A DNA stretch of 64,000 nt, taken from positions 4,030,001-4,094,000 of the forward strand of contig OZ024753.1 in the NCBI GenBank assembly GCA_964016885.1. Direction: 5' to 3'. Shown in pieces: positions 44,274-57,935 of this stretch. Under the pieces are notes generated by a model that searched no databases, had not been told where the DNA came from, and worked only from the letters and a program-made list of their open reading frames with translations. A program made the position numbers and the translations under genes. Each line of letters opens with the position of its first letter. Within the stretch, counting starts at the first letter, position 1. Source of the DNA: Eledone cirrhosa (Eukaryota).

Positions 44274-45236
44274 GCACACACTGTCACAAGATACCACGCA
44301 TATGTCGATCAAGAGTTCCCATGATTAAAATTCCACCTTTATTTTAAATCTGATACACACCTATGTCCATACATTTTACATATACTTCATCAGTTTACTT
44401 GAATTTATACAACCTACGTTAAGATGTTCAGTTGCACCAGTAGAAAATGAAAGATCTAATGAATATATGTCCTGTTTCACGGGCACAACATTTTTAGTAT
44501 TTATATTCATGCTGCTTCACTCACACGAAATCTAGCGAGAAACTCCTCCGCACAAAGTGTTCAAAGAATGAGGCGAAATATGGTTGCAACGTAGTGTAAA
44601 CTTTAAATAATATATGTAGGTAATTTCCTTATATATCATATTGAATATTATATGAACTATGAAAACAGTTGTATAAGTGTCTTGTAACAAAAGCAAATTC
44701 TTTAATAATATGGTCATAAATACATTCCAATAGAAGCATTCTAATAGTATAAGAGATAAATCCTTCAAATTCTTCGGTTAGCCATTCGTTACGAAGCAGC
44801 TTTGTTTATTCTAATTCTCTCTGACCTTATTTATATCATTTAGCCGAAAAGCTATCATTTTAATAGAACGGCCATTATAAGTCTAATCGCATCTATAGAT
44901 GGATTGTGTTGGCCTATGGCCAATATATTTGCTGTTAATGTTTTAACCCAAACACGCTCTTTAATTTGTTCATGATCTTTATATTCTCTTTCCTGCGGCG
45001 TCGGAAGTTTTAAAGAAGCTTTAAATTGTACTTATGAAAATTGATATATGTTAATATTGCACAGTCATTTAACCGAAAAACCAATCAATAACTGAATGAA
45101 GGTCATCTAAATACAGATTCTAAATTTAGAAATGGAAGGAACTGATGTTAAGTGTAGGAAAATTATTACCAACAGAATTCAAGTTCTTTTCTAATGTTAC
45201 TATCTAACATCGTAACACAGGTCTGTTAAGTTAAGC

Positions 45237-45237
<1 letters not shown>

Positions 45238-45326
<89 letters not shown>

Positions 45327-45349
45327 TATATATATATAAGTATATATAA

Positions 45350-45405
<56 letters not shown>
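45238..45405. repeat. (TA)n microsatellite
   Basis: Direct reading. Confidence 0.97.
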
Positions 45406-45409
<4 letters not shown>

Positions 45410-45470
45410 CCCAATGCTCTGATACCATCAACACTATAAACACAGAGCTGGCATATCTAAGTACTGACTA

Positions 45471-45526
45471 ACTGTCTGATGAGGTCATAGCCATTCAATG
45501 GCTATCATCGAAATATATATAGCAGT
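45471..45526 (+). ncRNA. minimal type-I hammerhead ribozyme, canonical core
   Basis: ACTGT-CTGATGA-GGTCATAGCCAT-tca-ATGGCTATCATC-GAAA-T-atat-A-TA-GCAGT; predicted cut after A45521; AATAAA immediately after. Confidence 0.88.
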
Positions 45527-45567
45527 AAATAAAGGATTATGAGTTCATGCAATTGACTTATGTTTCG

Positions 45568-45604
<37 letters not shown>

Positions 45605-45605
<1 letters not shown>

Positions 45606-45650
45606 ACGAAGGAGTTGTGGTAAGGAACTAGATGTTATACATTTTCCTAT
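45605..45650 (-). mobile_element. collapsed derivative of fold-back family B
   Basis: aacgaaggagttgtggtaaggaactagatg matches 36789-36818 and attttcctat matches the family B distal end; flanked by TA. Confidence 0.7.
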
Positions 45651-46112
45651 ATATATATATATATATATATGATATCTAATACCGCACCATATGTTTCATT
45701 TCAAAACTCATACTCTTTACTAACTCTGTCTCTGTCTAGGTTTTATACCATAGCTCGGGCACTTATAACTTGAAACAATGTCACTATAACTTGAAACAAT
45801 GTCTTCTTTATCACCATGATCCCTTTCTTATGGAGAGCGAAGTGATATATGCCTAAACGAAACTGAAAAAGTTTCATTTCACATTCTACCATCATCCACT
45901 GCAGACGCATATCCATATATACCACACAAACTACATACATTAATTCTCCAATTCATACAGTCACATACACTGAATATCACACACACACACAAGTAAGAAT
46001 CAGCACACAAACATAATATGTGACACACACATAACCTACATGCACACATATCTACACCACAACACTATCTGTTATGTACAGAGATAAAACTAGTTTCATA
46101 TTCCTAAACGAG

Positions 46113-46299
46113 TTTTAGTTTTAGGCACACATTGATTTGGCGAGGAGAACGTTGATTATATCCACCCCAGTACTTGACTGCTACTTTATTTTATCGACCA
46201 TGGAAGGATGAAACGCAAACCTGACCTCGACTGTACTTGAACTCAGAATGTAAAGGGACGTAACTAAAGACTTTACGATTCTGTCAATTCACTGCCCTT
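46113..46299 (-). mobile_element. tRNA-derived SINE, long-3' form
   Basis: ccccagtacttgactg..ttattttatcgacc..ggatgaaa..ttgaactcagaatgtaaag..gattctgtcaattcactgcc. Confidence 0.85.
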
Positions 46300-46755
46300 A
46301 TATTCTTAAGCAATATAATGAATGAACCACGGTCTCCTTTCAGTCATCCCATCTTCCTAAACACCTTGCTGTCATCATACCAGTTAGTTCCCCCCTCTCT
46401 ATCTCTCCCATTCTCTTAGTTTATTCTCAGCATCCACTCTAACGGTCACATTTTCATTTCAGAAAATATATTATTAATAAACACGTGTTCACAAATTTGG
46501 TGTCATTCTGACACTTTTCTAAGTCCATTTTTATATTAATATCTCATACCTTAAATATATCTTACTTCGATAAGGAATTAATTTAGAACCTGACAACCTT
46601 TATTTTCTTTTTCATTCAGCGTAAATATTTTCGTTATACACACACGGTTTGTTATTGTATTTCATATTTTTCAATTTTTATTTACCGTATTTCAAAGATT
46701 TAAAATCTCCTTCTCACGCTGTCTCATCACCTGTTCCTCCAATTTATTTGTATTG

Positions 46756-46758
<3 letters not shown>

Positions 46759-46826
<68 letters not shown>

Positions 46827-46835
46827 CACACACAT
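46759..46835. repeat. (CA)n microsatellite
   Basis: Direct reading. Confidence 0.95.
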
Positions 46836-47992
46836 GTGTATATGTGTGTGTGTTTGTGCGTGTGTATTCATGTAAGATTGTGTTTTATAATGTGTTTGAA
46901 TTACCTGTTTTCGAGCAGACCTAAGACATGTATTACATATTATATCGCAATATCCCAATATTCTTTCACAATGAAAAATTAAATAGGGTAAACACTTAGA
47001 ATTCCCTTATTAAAATGTGTACCGCTGTCATTTTTTTCTTTCAATCTTAAGTTGGATCTCTGGTGCATCACAAGTAACGCTGTATGCTGGTGTTACCATT
47101 AGTGATACTATCTACTGGTTGCAATTCCAGGCAAAATATTATATATACACCCACACATGTACACACACACATGTACACACACACATGTACACACATTCAA
47201 CCGAAATCCAGGACACATTACAAAAAACAATGTTCTGTATTCGTCCTAAATGAAATATATATTATTGTAAGACGATAACATATACTGGCGGGTGATTCTA
47301 GGTTCGAAAGCTTACGAAAGCCCGATATAAAAGGTGATTTCAGGAAATGGCATGGAACATCGTAAGAGTTACTTGATAGCTGGAAAGTAGATATTAATAA
47401 CGTGTTAAATTATTTTCGAGTTATACATTCTAGGCTGCATATTTTTAAATGTATTTTAAGTATTTATATCTGCAGAAACATCGTGCGCGTTTTCAGTGAA
47501 TGCCAGATGGATAATGTTGAAAATAACATTATATGTATCAATATTATGATTGGTATAAATATAAATGGTAAATTGATTAATTTGTTAGTTAAATCAGATA
47601 TATCCCCGTATGAAACATTTATACATATCCATATGTTAACGGTCAATAAAATAATGAAGGTGTTCAGGAAATTCTTCTATATTGTTGAAACGCGCGACAA
47701 ACGGTGGACTATTTGGCACATTTAATAGTGATGTGATTACAATAGTCTTTGTCTCTGTTCATAAAGGTGTGAGAGGAATATTGCTGATTGATCTCACAAT
47801 ACAGAGACCTGCACGTACAAATGCATAATCAATGACACATAAACCGGCACAAACGCACACACATAGCGCAAATGTTGAACTGATACACAGCACAAACACT
47901 CAGTTACACAAATAGTCTCTGTCGCTCTCTCCCCCTCTCTCTCTCTTGCACACAGATATCACATACACACACATATAAACATATGTATGTAC

Positions 47993-48053
<61 letters not shown>

Positions 48054-48139
48054 AAATTGGAACGGGAACAAAAACAGAGAGGCAGTACAAACTTAGGTTA
48101 TTTAGTTTCACGGTCTTGAGAGTGTGGGGGGGGGGGGTG

Positions 48140-48181
<42 letters not shown>

Positions 48182-49399
48182 ATGTGTGTGTGTGTGCGTG
48201 TGTGTGTGTATAAATATAAATATATATACACACATGTATATATACAAATATACACACATATGTTTACGTATGCATACATTTATATATGGTATGCATATAT
48301 ATATATGCGTGTGTGTTTGAGAGTGTATGTGAATGTGTATCAGTATCAATTTATATGACTACGTTTATATTTATAAACATGGACACATACAGACACACAC
48401 ATATATATGTGTGTGTGCGCACGCGCCAACGTTTCAACGTATTAGGAAATCGCATGAAGTATACCAATGTAAGATCCTATTTTTATCTTATTTTACACTT
48501 TCTTTGGATGTTAATACTGATAACATATCTATATCCTACATATTAAGGTGGCATACAGGATATTCTAAAATTAATACCGGAAATATTTATTGCTTTCGAA
48601 CGACTGCAATATATATATATGCATGTTTCTTATGTAAGTCAGAAATTCTGTTACTATACAAGATGATATGAAATTTTTATCCATTTTTTTTCTTTGAATA
48701 TGAATGTTAATTTGTAAAAGAGCGTATTGCATTTATAATATATATAAAAAGTATGGATATCTAAATTTAGAACATGAAAGAAAAGACGTGAACAGTTTAT
48801 TGGAAAGTAAAACCTGATGCGTAAGTATGAACTCGGTTTTCTCAGAGAAATTCATTGGAGAAAATAAGTTTAACGCAAAAATGAAAGAGAAAAATTTAGA
48901 AAATATGGGCTATACAACATCTTTATTTTGCATAAACGGAAAACTCTTTAAGGTGACAATTGTATAGCGTTTTAAATACGTATATGCTGAGCAACAACAT
49001 ATGTTGGTAATTAGGTAAACTTGTGAAAAATTGCTATCGGATATTCCCCATTCATACGACGATGAAAATCACTATTAATAACAACTACAACAACAGATAT
49101 GGTGTGGATGATACTAAACATCGCGTTGTAGATCTAATCATTTGGTAAGAAGATGACAAGATGTTGTACTTTTAGTAATAATGTTAGGTTACAATTTTGC
49201 TTTGTTATTGTATCAGTGAAACTTGGCCTGATATATATTTGTGTGTTATAATTATAGTGAGTGCTAATATATGAATGTTAATTATAATTATAGGAATGAT
49301 TCTTATAGTTTCAGAAATCAAAGTCATTTAGTCTAACAATGTTAACGACGATGAAACATTGCTGCATCTTGCATCTACTACTTCCCAACCAATACTAAC

Positions 49400-49553
<154 letters not shown>

Positions 49554-49806
49554 TGTTCTTCGAGTCTGAGTCAATGATGTTATTTAACTGGAAAGTTTGT
49601 TGAAATGAATATCAAGCCATTACCCGCAGCCTCAAACATTCTGGACGTATCGGAGGGTTCTTGCTGTTGCCAGCAAGAATGCCTTTTGAAGTGTTCCAAA
49701 ACGCGGGGCTGGACTAATCTTCTTTAACCATCCTTGGAATCTCTTTGAGATAGTACCTAGTGTGCCTATGACAATCGGGACAACCTTGTTACATGGCAGT
49801 TCCAAA
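49554..49806 (-). mobile_element. 3' end of an R4/Dong-like (restriction-like endonuclease) non-LTR retrotransposon
   Basis: Minus frame 49787-49632 reads KVVPIVIGTLGTISKRFQGWLKKISPAPRFGTLQKAFLLATARTLRYVQNV*, matching the VPIVIGALG...LQK..LL.TA.ILR C-terminus; short 3' UTR then (TAA)n. Confidence 0.85.
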
Positions 49807-51348
49807 ACCTATTATTATTTCTACTTTAGCAGAGGGCCAGGAATGTTAAGCTGAAGGTGAAGTCGATGAAATTGATCCCAGTACATTACTATTACCTTAT
49901 TTCACCAGTAATGCAATGATAAGAAAAATAATAACAACAAAAACAACAACTAAACAATTATGGCGCCGACATTATTGTATTAAGAACAATATAATGAACA
50001 TGGCGAGAGGACATTTACATAGAATTGGTAAAACCTAAAGTAACGAAGTATAAGGAGTTAGGGAAATACCCAATATAGAGGAACATCTTTCAGTGATAAG
50101 CAACAAATACACAGTTCTGTAGACTTGCGTTTCTCATCCACTCCTTTCGGTATACAGGCACATGTTCATTGCAGGCCCTTTATCTCAGTCCATTATTGCT
50201 ACATTTACCCATAATTTAATAAGTATACGTGGATTTCTAATCTGTTGATGAGGGTTTGGCTGACAAGGAAAGTGTCTGTCTTGCTGTTTTCCGCCTTGTC
50301 CACTACAGAAACCTTTTCGCCATAATCACCAGAGAGGATCTTCTTGCGCCCAAGATGCAGTTCCAGTCCTCCGTTATCGGTAAAACACCCGAGACAGAAA
50401 TCTTTCTAGATGCACGAAGATATCCGAGAGAGTAAGGTCTTGCATGCCAATTAATATTAGTTTAATGATATAGCAAATATAAAAAAACCCATAGTTTTTG
50501 TCAATAGAAGCTTCACCTGTACAGATTGTGCTCGTTGCTCTAACAAAGGGCATTAATGATATTGCTGAGGAAGACGGTAAATATAGAGCTAAACAATATA
50601 TGCTACAGCAGAAATGCACACACAACAAACAAATAAATAAATTAAAATGGTTGAGGATAAATGGATAGAGGGTGAGACATACAAAATCATTAGTATTTAC
50701 AACATAACACGAATTGCATATCATCTTTAGCTTGCAATTGTAGTGACAGCAAATTAATTATTTGCGATTATGCTACGATATTTGCATCGGAAATACCAGT
50801 CAATGTTATGGAGTAATATTTAACTCAGATTACACAGAACTAATGACATAAATAGCGACAAATAAGCCAGCATCGATGCGTAGAATCTGGACGCAATGCG
50901 TCCGTCCTAATAGTGTAAAAATTCCATTCATTTTCTATTCAAAATATTCTGTCTGTTTTCAAACACTGTAATCTAGCAAATATACATATATATAAAGACA
51001 GCTTTAGAATATATCTAATGGCTACAAAACACGCGTTTCTGAATTTGAAAATAGTCAAACAAACAGGAGAAGCGTTGTAACAGTTCTATCCTTGTCGGGT
51101 CTTCTATGGTCAGATTGTTTGATCGTAGTGTACAACAGGTAGGTTTTGGCCATTAAATTCACTCTAAAGTTGCACTATTTATAGAAGGTTCGAAATCGCT
51201 GATCACTTAAAATATGTTGTTTATAAATGCAGCTATTTGTCTGTATATCCAGTTGCTTTCTATAGATAGGGCATATTATACCTTCCATTAATGTTGGTGA
51301 TGATTACAACATATAAAGAAGATTTTGAAAAAAAACCCTCAGATATAT

Positions 51349-51424
<76 letters not shown>

Positions 51425-51490
51425 ACACAAACACAAACACAAACAGACAAACACACAGAAACATACAGGCACACACACACACACACACAT
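51349..51490. repeat. (CA)n microsatellite
   Basis: Direct reading. Confidence 0.95.
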
Positions 51491-52194
51491 ATACATGCAT
51501 ATATAGTATGTATAAACCGAAGTTGTAGCATTCAGATAAACAGAAACTAGTGTTGTATCAATAAGAAGCACCACAGTCTAGATTTTGTTATTGTGACATT
51601 TACGAGCACACTTGCTATGAGCTGTTCCATGCACAAACACACGATTCATATTCTAAATAGTTGGAAATATGTTAACCTTCACGGCCTACTTCTCTGATAA
51701 AATTCATCCCACCAGTATTAGCAAAACCACGTCCACATCGAAATATGCTGAATTAAGTGAACATAAAATTAATGCAACGTTGTATTAATTATACATACAA
51801 TTAATTGGATGTTAGTAATATTCAATAATATAGTGTAGTATCCTTCCTCCAGGGAAACCCTAATCGTTTTATTTTCATTCGGATGTGCTTTTAACAGGAG
51901 CCACTTCATTCAACCGAAATTAATAGTGTGTCTGTCAATGGTATAATTCTGCAATAACAGTTTCTTCATCTACCATGGTATTGGGTACTTTAAGAAATGG
52001 TCGTCTCATTAATACTGACATGGTTCATTTTGTAATTTAGGTCATGTGAAATAATCATATAAGCCGTGCACTGTCTGCATTAGTATTTCGAGTTGTCAAT
52101 AATATTTCATGTACAAATTGAGTTTGAACGTATATAAGGTATATAAGGATTTATGTGCAGTTGCATTTTTTCGAAGTCCAGTCATAATCAACGT

Positions 52195-52512
52195 ATCTGA
52201 AATGAATCTGTGTGTAACAGAAGACTAATGAGGAAAGCCGGCACAAATGTTCAGGATTGTGGGGATTGCCAGTTCGAGACATATTGTACACGTACGGACG
52301 TTTTGGTCAGGTGGACATGTCCAACATTCGTGCTCCGAAACTTCGGTTGGATTAGGCGCTCTTCCTATTGCAGAATCCTGTTATTATTTATTTATTGTTA
52401 ATATTTTTCTGTTTTCCTTTTTTTACACGTTTTTCTGTAAATGTCCATGTCCTTGTTCTTTTGTACTGCCCTTTTTCTTTCGACCCTTGTGGCCAATAAA
52501 GTAATAATTATT
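52195..52512 (+). mobile_element. probable LINE 3' UTR fragment (L1/Tx1-like)
   Basis: GC-richer block, then T-rich tract, ending cccttgtggccAATAAAgtaataattatt. Confidence 0.45.
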
Positions 52513-52554
52513 GACATTGCTGTCATTTTTTATGTGATTTTTGTGGTTTTCTAT

Positions 52555-52555
52555 G

Positions 52556-52590
<35 letters not shown>

Positions 52591-52699
52591 GGTAGTAGTA
52601 GTTGTAGTAGTAGTAGTAGTAGTAGTGGTTTAGTAGGAGCAGAAGGAGCAGCAGCAGTAGTAGTAGCAGTAGTAATAGTAGTGTTGTTGTGGGTGGTAA

Positions 52700-52733
<34 letters not shown>
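52555..52733. repeat. (TAG)n/(TGG)n microsatellite
   Basis: Direct reading. Confidence 0.95.
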
Positions 52734-52734
<1 letters not shown>

Positions 52735-53054
52735 AAAATATTAGGAAACATTTGTAATTTGAAAAGCAGATTTTACAAATGGCAAATTCAAACAAGCATG
52801 TGAATGCCATCACACAGTCACTTTTACACAAAGCTCATATATCACCAAAGACACGCATTCCCACAAACTGGTAATCATGTCTTCCGTTTATATTTCTTTT
52901 TTTATATTTTGTTTAATCATATCGCTGTCAAATGACATCCAGTCTTTTGTATTTTTATTATATTTTATTTGAAAGCGAGTTGAATTTTAATCGAACCGCA
53001 TCAGATTTCTGAATATAATTACTGAATCTGTAGCTGGATATTAATTGTTTCACA

Positions 53055-53419
53055 CGTAACAGGTGGTGTAATTCAATGAAAGAGTCAGTTGGTGGTTTAG
53101 CATTTGTTTCATTGTCATTTAACACTATCAAAGTTATATATTTCTCTTTGTCGTTATTACTGCTGTCGTAAATATTATTCTATTTGCTGTTCATACTGTT
53201 ATTCATGTTCACTATAATAATCATCACTGAGATAGTGGTCCTTATAAACAAACGGCTTTCGTTATATAATGTCACCTTTCTTCGTTTTAAATTGTAGTGC
53301 AAGAACCAAACATAAGTCTATGTTCTACCCATCTGGGTGTAACAAATCAATAACTAGGATGCGGGGTTTATATCTCCTTAATCACTATGGAAATGCGTTC
53401 ATTATTCAATGTTTACCCA

Positions 53420-53472
<53 letters not shown>

Positions 53473-53487
53473 ACACACACACACACA

Positions 53488-53558
<71 letters not shown>

Positions 53559-54080
53559 TAAAATAACAGATTAAAGTTTAATCAAATAATCCCCTCTTTC
53601 ACCCTTAACGGGATCTTCTGGAACTAAATTATTTCCGCCAAACATCTTCAAATGCTTCGGTGACAGAGAAATAGGAAAATAACAAAACAATCATATCGTT
53701 ATGAGTTAATAAATCCCGTTTTATGTATATACTTTAAAAAAAATATTTTATGTAAAGATTTTTAAAATGTTATTTGAATAGCGTCATACTTCCACACGTT
53801 TGACAAAAATGGCTTTATCTGCAGCGTGATAAAATTGCATCATCCGTAACAGGTGGTCAAATGAATGAAACAGTCAGTTAGTGGATTTTTTTAAATTCAT
53901 TTATTTAATAATGGTTTAGTAATTGTGTTGTATAGCTGTAACCTTTGTCGTAAATATAATACTTGCTGATTATATTGTTATTTTATTCATGGTAATTATT
54001 TTGCAAAGTAAGGTAGAGCACCAAAACATATACAAAACGTCATTTAATTTCACTACACTTCGCTTTAAATTTTAGTGCAA
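53055..54080 (+). repeat. old diverged direct duplication (53055-53302 / 53845-54080)
   Basis: Colinear shared blocks cgtaacaggtgg, aatgaaa.agtcagtt.gtgg, tgtcgtaaatat, ttcg.tttaaatt.tagtgcaa. Confidence 0.75.
53420..53555. repeat. (CT)n(CA)n microsatellite
   Basis: Direct reading. Confidence 0.95.
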
Positions 54081-54346
54081 AACATTTCTCGTTCCGAAGC
54101 CACCCTGCTGTATATTTTATTACTACAACTTACGGGAGATAATCTAGTAGAATTCGCTCATTACCTCCTGTTCTTTCAGGTGAATTTCATCAGTATTTCG
54201 GCGTTCTCGTTATACACACACTGGCACACTACAGCCATAACTCTGGAATAGAAACAAACGAAATGGAACTCGAACCATTATTGAGTGGTTCGAATGGCGC
54301 GCCGCCTCTAACTGTGGTTGAACACATAACACACACACACATACAC

Positions 54347-54380
<34 letters not shown>

Positions 54381-54384
<4 letters not shown>

Positions 54385-54563
54385 GAATATATAAGAGAGA
54401 TAAACACACATATATATATATGTGTTCAAATAGTAAGGGCCCAGATGATTTGAACACATATATGTATATATGTGTTTATTTCTCTCATATATTCAATTAT
54501 ATTACACGGCCCGGAAAAATTCTTTTACTTGAGCTATTTATTTTTGAGTTTCTAAAATACTTT

Positions 54564-54565
<2 letters not shown>
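54381..54565 (+). mobile_element. fold-back element family D (51-bp arms, 16-bp spacer, tail) in (TA)n
   Basis: Arms 54381-54431 and 54448-54498; tail 54503-54565. Confidence 0.75.
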
Positions 54566-54637
<72 letters not shown>

Positions 54638-54646
54638 TTATATATA

Positions 54647-54742
<96 letters not shown>

Positions 54743-54744
54743 TA

Positions 54745-54912
54745 GTAATAATAATAAATTTGAAGACTAAAATCCAAAGAGGGCTCGATAAGGGTAAATA
54801 TATATCAAATATAGAAGAACTGTAGAGCAAATATTTATTAAAATAACAGATTAAAGTTGAAGCAAAGAATCGCTGCTTTGCTTAAATTTTAATCTGTTAT
54901 TTTAATAAATAT
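54745..54912 (-). mobile_element. fold-back element family E (tail + 37-bp arms, 8-bp spacer) in (TA)n
   Basis: Arms 54831-54867 and 54876-54912; the same arm sequence occurs at 53557-53591. Confidence 0.75.
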
Positions 54913-54955
54913 ATATATGTATATATATATATATGGGAATGATCGAAGCATATTC

Positions 54956-55009
<54 letters not shown>

Positions 55010-55014
<5 letters not shown>

Positions 55015-55235
55015 AAATAAGATTTCGCTTCAAGCATAGCTTTATACAAATATGTATAGAGATTTCGTATTCCTAAAGAAACACGGTTTTAGGAAGCCGT
55101 AGCTATGCAAACACCGGGGCTAACGCCCTCTGGTAGTGTCCAGCAGAAGGAAGGAGGACAACCGTCTATGAATTTCAGGCTTGACTGTGTTTGCATAGCT
55201 ACGGCTTCCTAAAACCGTGTTTCTTTAGAAATACG

Positions 55236-55243
<8 letters not shown>
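55010..55243 (-). mobile_element. fold-back element family F (tail + 57-bp arms, 72-bp spacer)
   Basis: Arms 55058-55114 and 55187-55243 with one mismatch; between (TA)n and (CT)n(TA)n. Confidence 0.8.
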
Positions 55244-55323
<80 letters not shown>

Positions 55324-55330
<7 letters not shown>

Positions 55331-55670
55331 AGAAAAGAGGAGAATCAGTGTTGCGTCGAATCGAATTTATTGGATCTATTACAATCGTTTCTCTGGCGAC
55401 CAGCTCGAGGCACGATCGCGTGATGATCGAACCTGACTCTGATAGGAAAATCTGCTTCGTAGAATCAAGACGCATCTGAGGACCTTGCGATTTTCAGAAT
55501 CAGGTTCGATCATCACATCGATCGTGCCTCGAGCTGGTCGCGAGAGAAACGATTGTAATATATCCAATAAATTCCATTCGTCGCAACACTGATTCTCATT
55601 TTTTCTGTGATATCATCGAGTGCTCATACGGTCTACCGCATACGGACGCTTTAAGCATCCAACACCAATT
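55324..55670 (+). mobile_element. fold-back element family A, second copy in opposite orientation
   Basis: Arms 55324-55442 and 55494-55613, 51-bp spacer, tail 55614-55670; homologous to 16253-16595. Confidence 0.85.
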
Positions 55671-57829
55671 ATATATATATATATTTAACGCTGTAAAAGT
55701 GAACGTGTATCTTGATGTGTAAGCACATGCAACATTATATTACATATTAATACTTTTTAGCAAAACGTCAGTATCGCTGTGTTATTTAACCCCAATCCTC
55801 ATTTAAAGTTATAATAAATGATTTAATTCAACTGAAATAATTTTGAATTAATTGAAAAATAATGAAAATTTGAAAAAGAAGGAAAAATGAATGAAGAATG
55901 TTTAATAAAATGTGTATCGTATATACTTGAAACATTAAATAACTTTTTGCATGGGCATTTAAAAATGAATGTGTTACATGAATTTAATTGTGAGGATGAC
56001 AAAATATTCTGGTTTAACGTAGTAAATTTCTACTTTAATAATATAAGCTCTCTTATCCTTTGAGACATCTACATGTAAAAGAATGCTGTGATGCTATCGC
56101 AAATTGAAATCGTATTATCGACAAAATCCAATAACATTCACCACAATGCATTTATTATCAAATGTCTTCTGTTATATTGTTACTACCAAGAGAACTATTC
56201 AGTTATGATGCGTTAGATTACTCTCTAAGTAGGAAGCCATAAATACAATCGGTAGTGTTTATAACGGTATACAAGTGACGGAGTGACAATAATAGACGAA
56301 TGCAGATTGGTAATTCAGATTTATATGTGAAAAACTACAAACTACAGTTGGCCTATAGGGGTGGGATTAACTACATCATACGTATTATAACCATTTTATT
56401 CTTCTCACTATTTACCATTTCATAGATCGTTAAACATTGTGAGATAAACTGAATTATACACTAGATATTGCACAATTTTTCAGAAGGAGTTAGTTGTAGA
56501 TCTGGGCATATTCTGTTCTGAAATTATCTAGGACGTTTGTTTTATCACCAGTAAAAATAAATAAACTCACCGTAAAACATCTAATATCTGCCATCATTTA
56601 ACCTATTTATTTTATACACACTTCTTCTGAAAAGTAAATTAGCTGATTATTCTCAGTATGATCTAATTATATAAATGCTCAAATAGCAGTCGGTAAAACA
56701 ATTAATTTCTCCATTAATTAAGACTTAAGGAAATGATTCAGTGTGTAAAATGTATTTATGCTTTGGCAAACGCGTTCTGCTAAATTCAAAAGTAGAGATT
56801 CCTCATACTTAAACTGAACGATCAATATTAATTTTCATTCACCCATATTATGATAGTGTCAACAAATATTTTGAAAGTTTATAAAATAAGTATCTGTCCG
56901 CTGTTAGATATTGAATATTAATTGTCCATTGTAGCTTTATTCCCTTCTGTGCAAAGCAAGGGTCTAGTTTCAATATTAGCTCTGTGTTATCTTGTTCCTG
57001 CTCGTTTCTATCTGTCATACAACTGCACATTCTAGGTGTTTTGTTTTTAGGATAGAACCATCGCGTGCTCGATTACTAGATTGAGCAATCCATTGTGTTC
57101 CTGAGAAAGACGATTAATTTCACGTTGCCTTTCATGACCCCCCTAAAAGACACTCCTACGATATATTACATTTTAGATGTCAGTAAAACTTGCATAATCA
57201 TGATCTACCTACCCATCACCACGCATCAAAAGGGGAATCAGTTTCATGTTACCTCTATCCAGTTTATGTTAGAAGGATTGTTGATATTTTGCTTTCTCCT
57301 AGTATAGTACGAGTGGGAGTGACGATGAAGCTATCTTGATTTTCCCTGATGCGATTATGGTTACACATTCAGGCACACCCGTTTGTCCTAGGAAAACAGT
57401 GTTAGGTGCAGTAATAATCGTCATCTTTAGAAGTCGTTGCCGAAGCTCTCTTTTCCATTAAATTATTTGGATATTGTCATTTCCCATTTCGTCTTAGAAA
57501 GCATCAAGTGGCATTTTCTACAACACGTACACCAGCTGGAACGAGTCCCACCGAAACATTGCAAAATGACTCGGAGGAAATTAGAAAGGATGTATGCAGC
57601 ATTGCAAGTTTGTAATAAATTGAATGTTAATACACTGGTTTCGGTAATCGAAGTAATTTAATACGATAATTGAAATTGTCTAATTATGAGAGCATGCTAT
57701 AGAAAGTGATTGTTCTCATCAGTGTAAATTTCATTATTGTTTTCTCTCATTACTAAACCATGTATGCTAGCATACATTTTAGCATAGAAGTTTCAGGCAA
57801 CAGGTGTACATTTCTGTTTTTGCTAGACT

Positions 57830-57935
57830 TTCTGGTTAAGTAGTTCGATTCCCAGTGTGTTGGGCTATTGTGCAAGACACTTTATCTTACGTCCAATCAG
57901 ATGGCACAATTGGCGTCCAGCATGACTGCAGCCAA
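57830..57935 (+). mobile_element. degenerate SINE head
   Basis: tggttaag..gttcgattcc..tgtgcaagacactttatc (A/B-box remnants plus gcaagacactt core). Confidence 0.45.
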
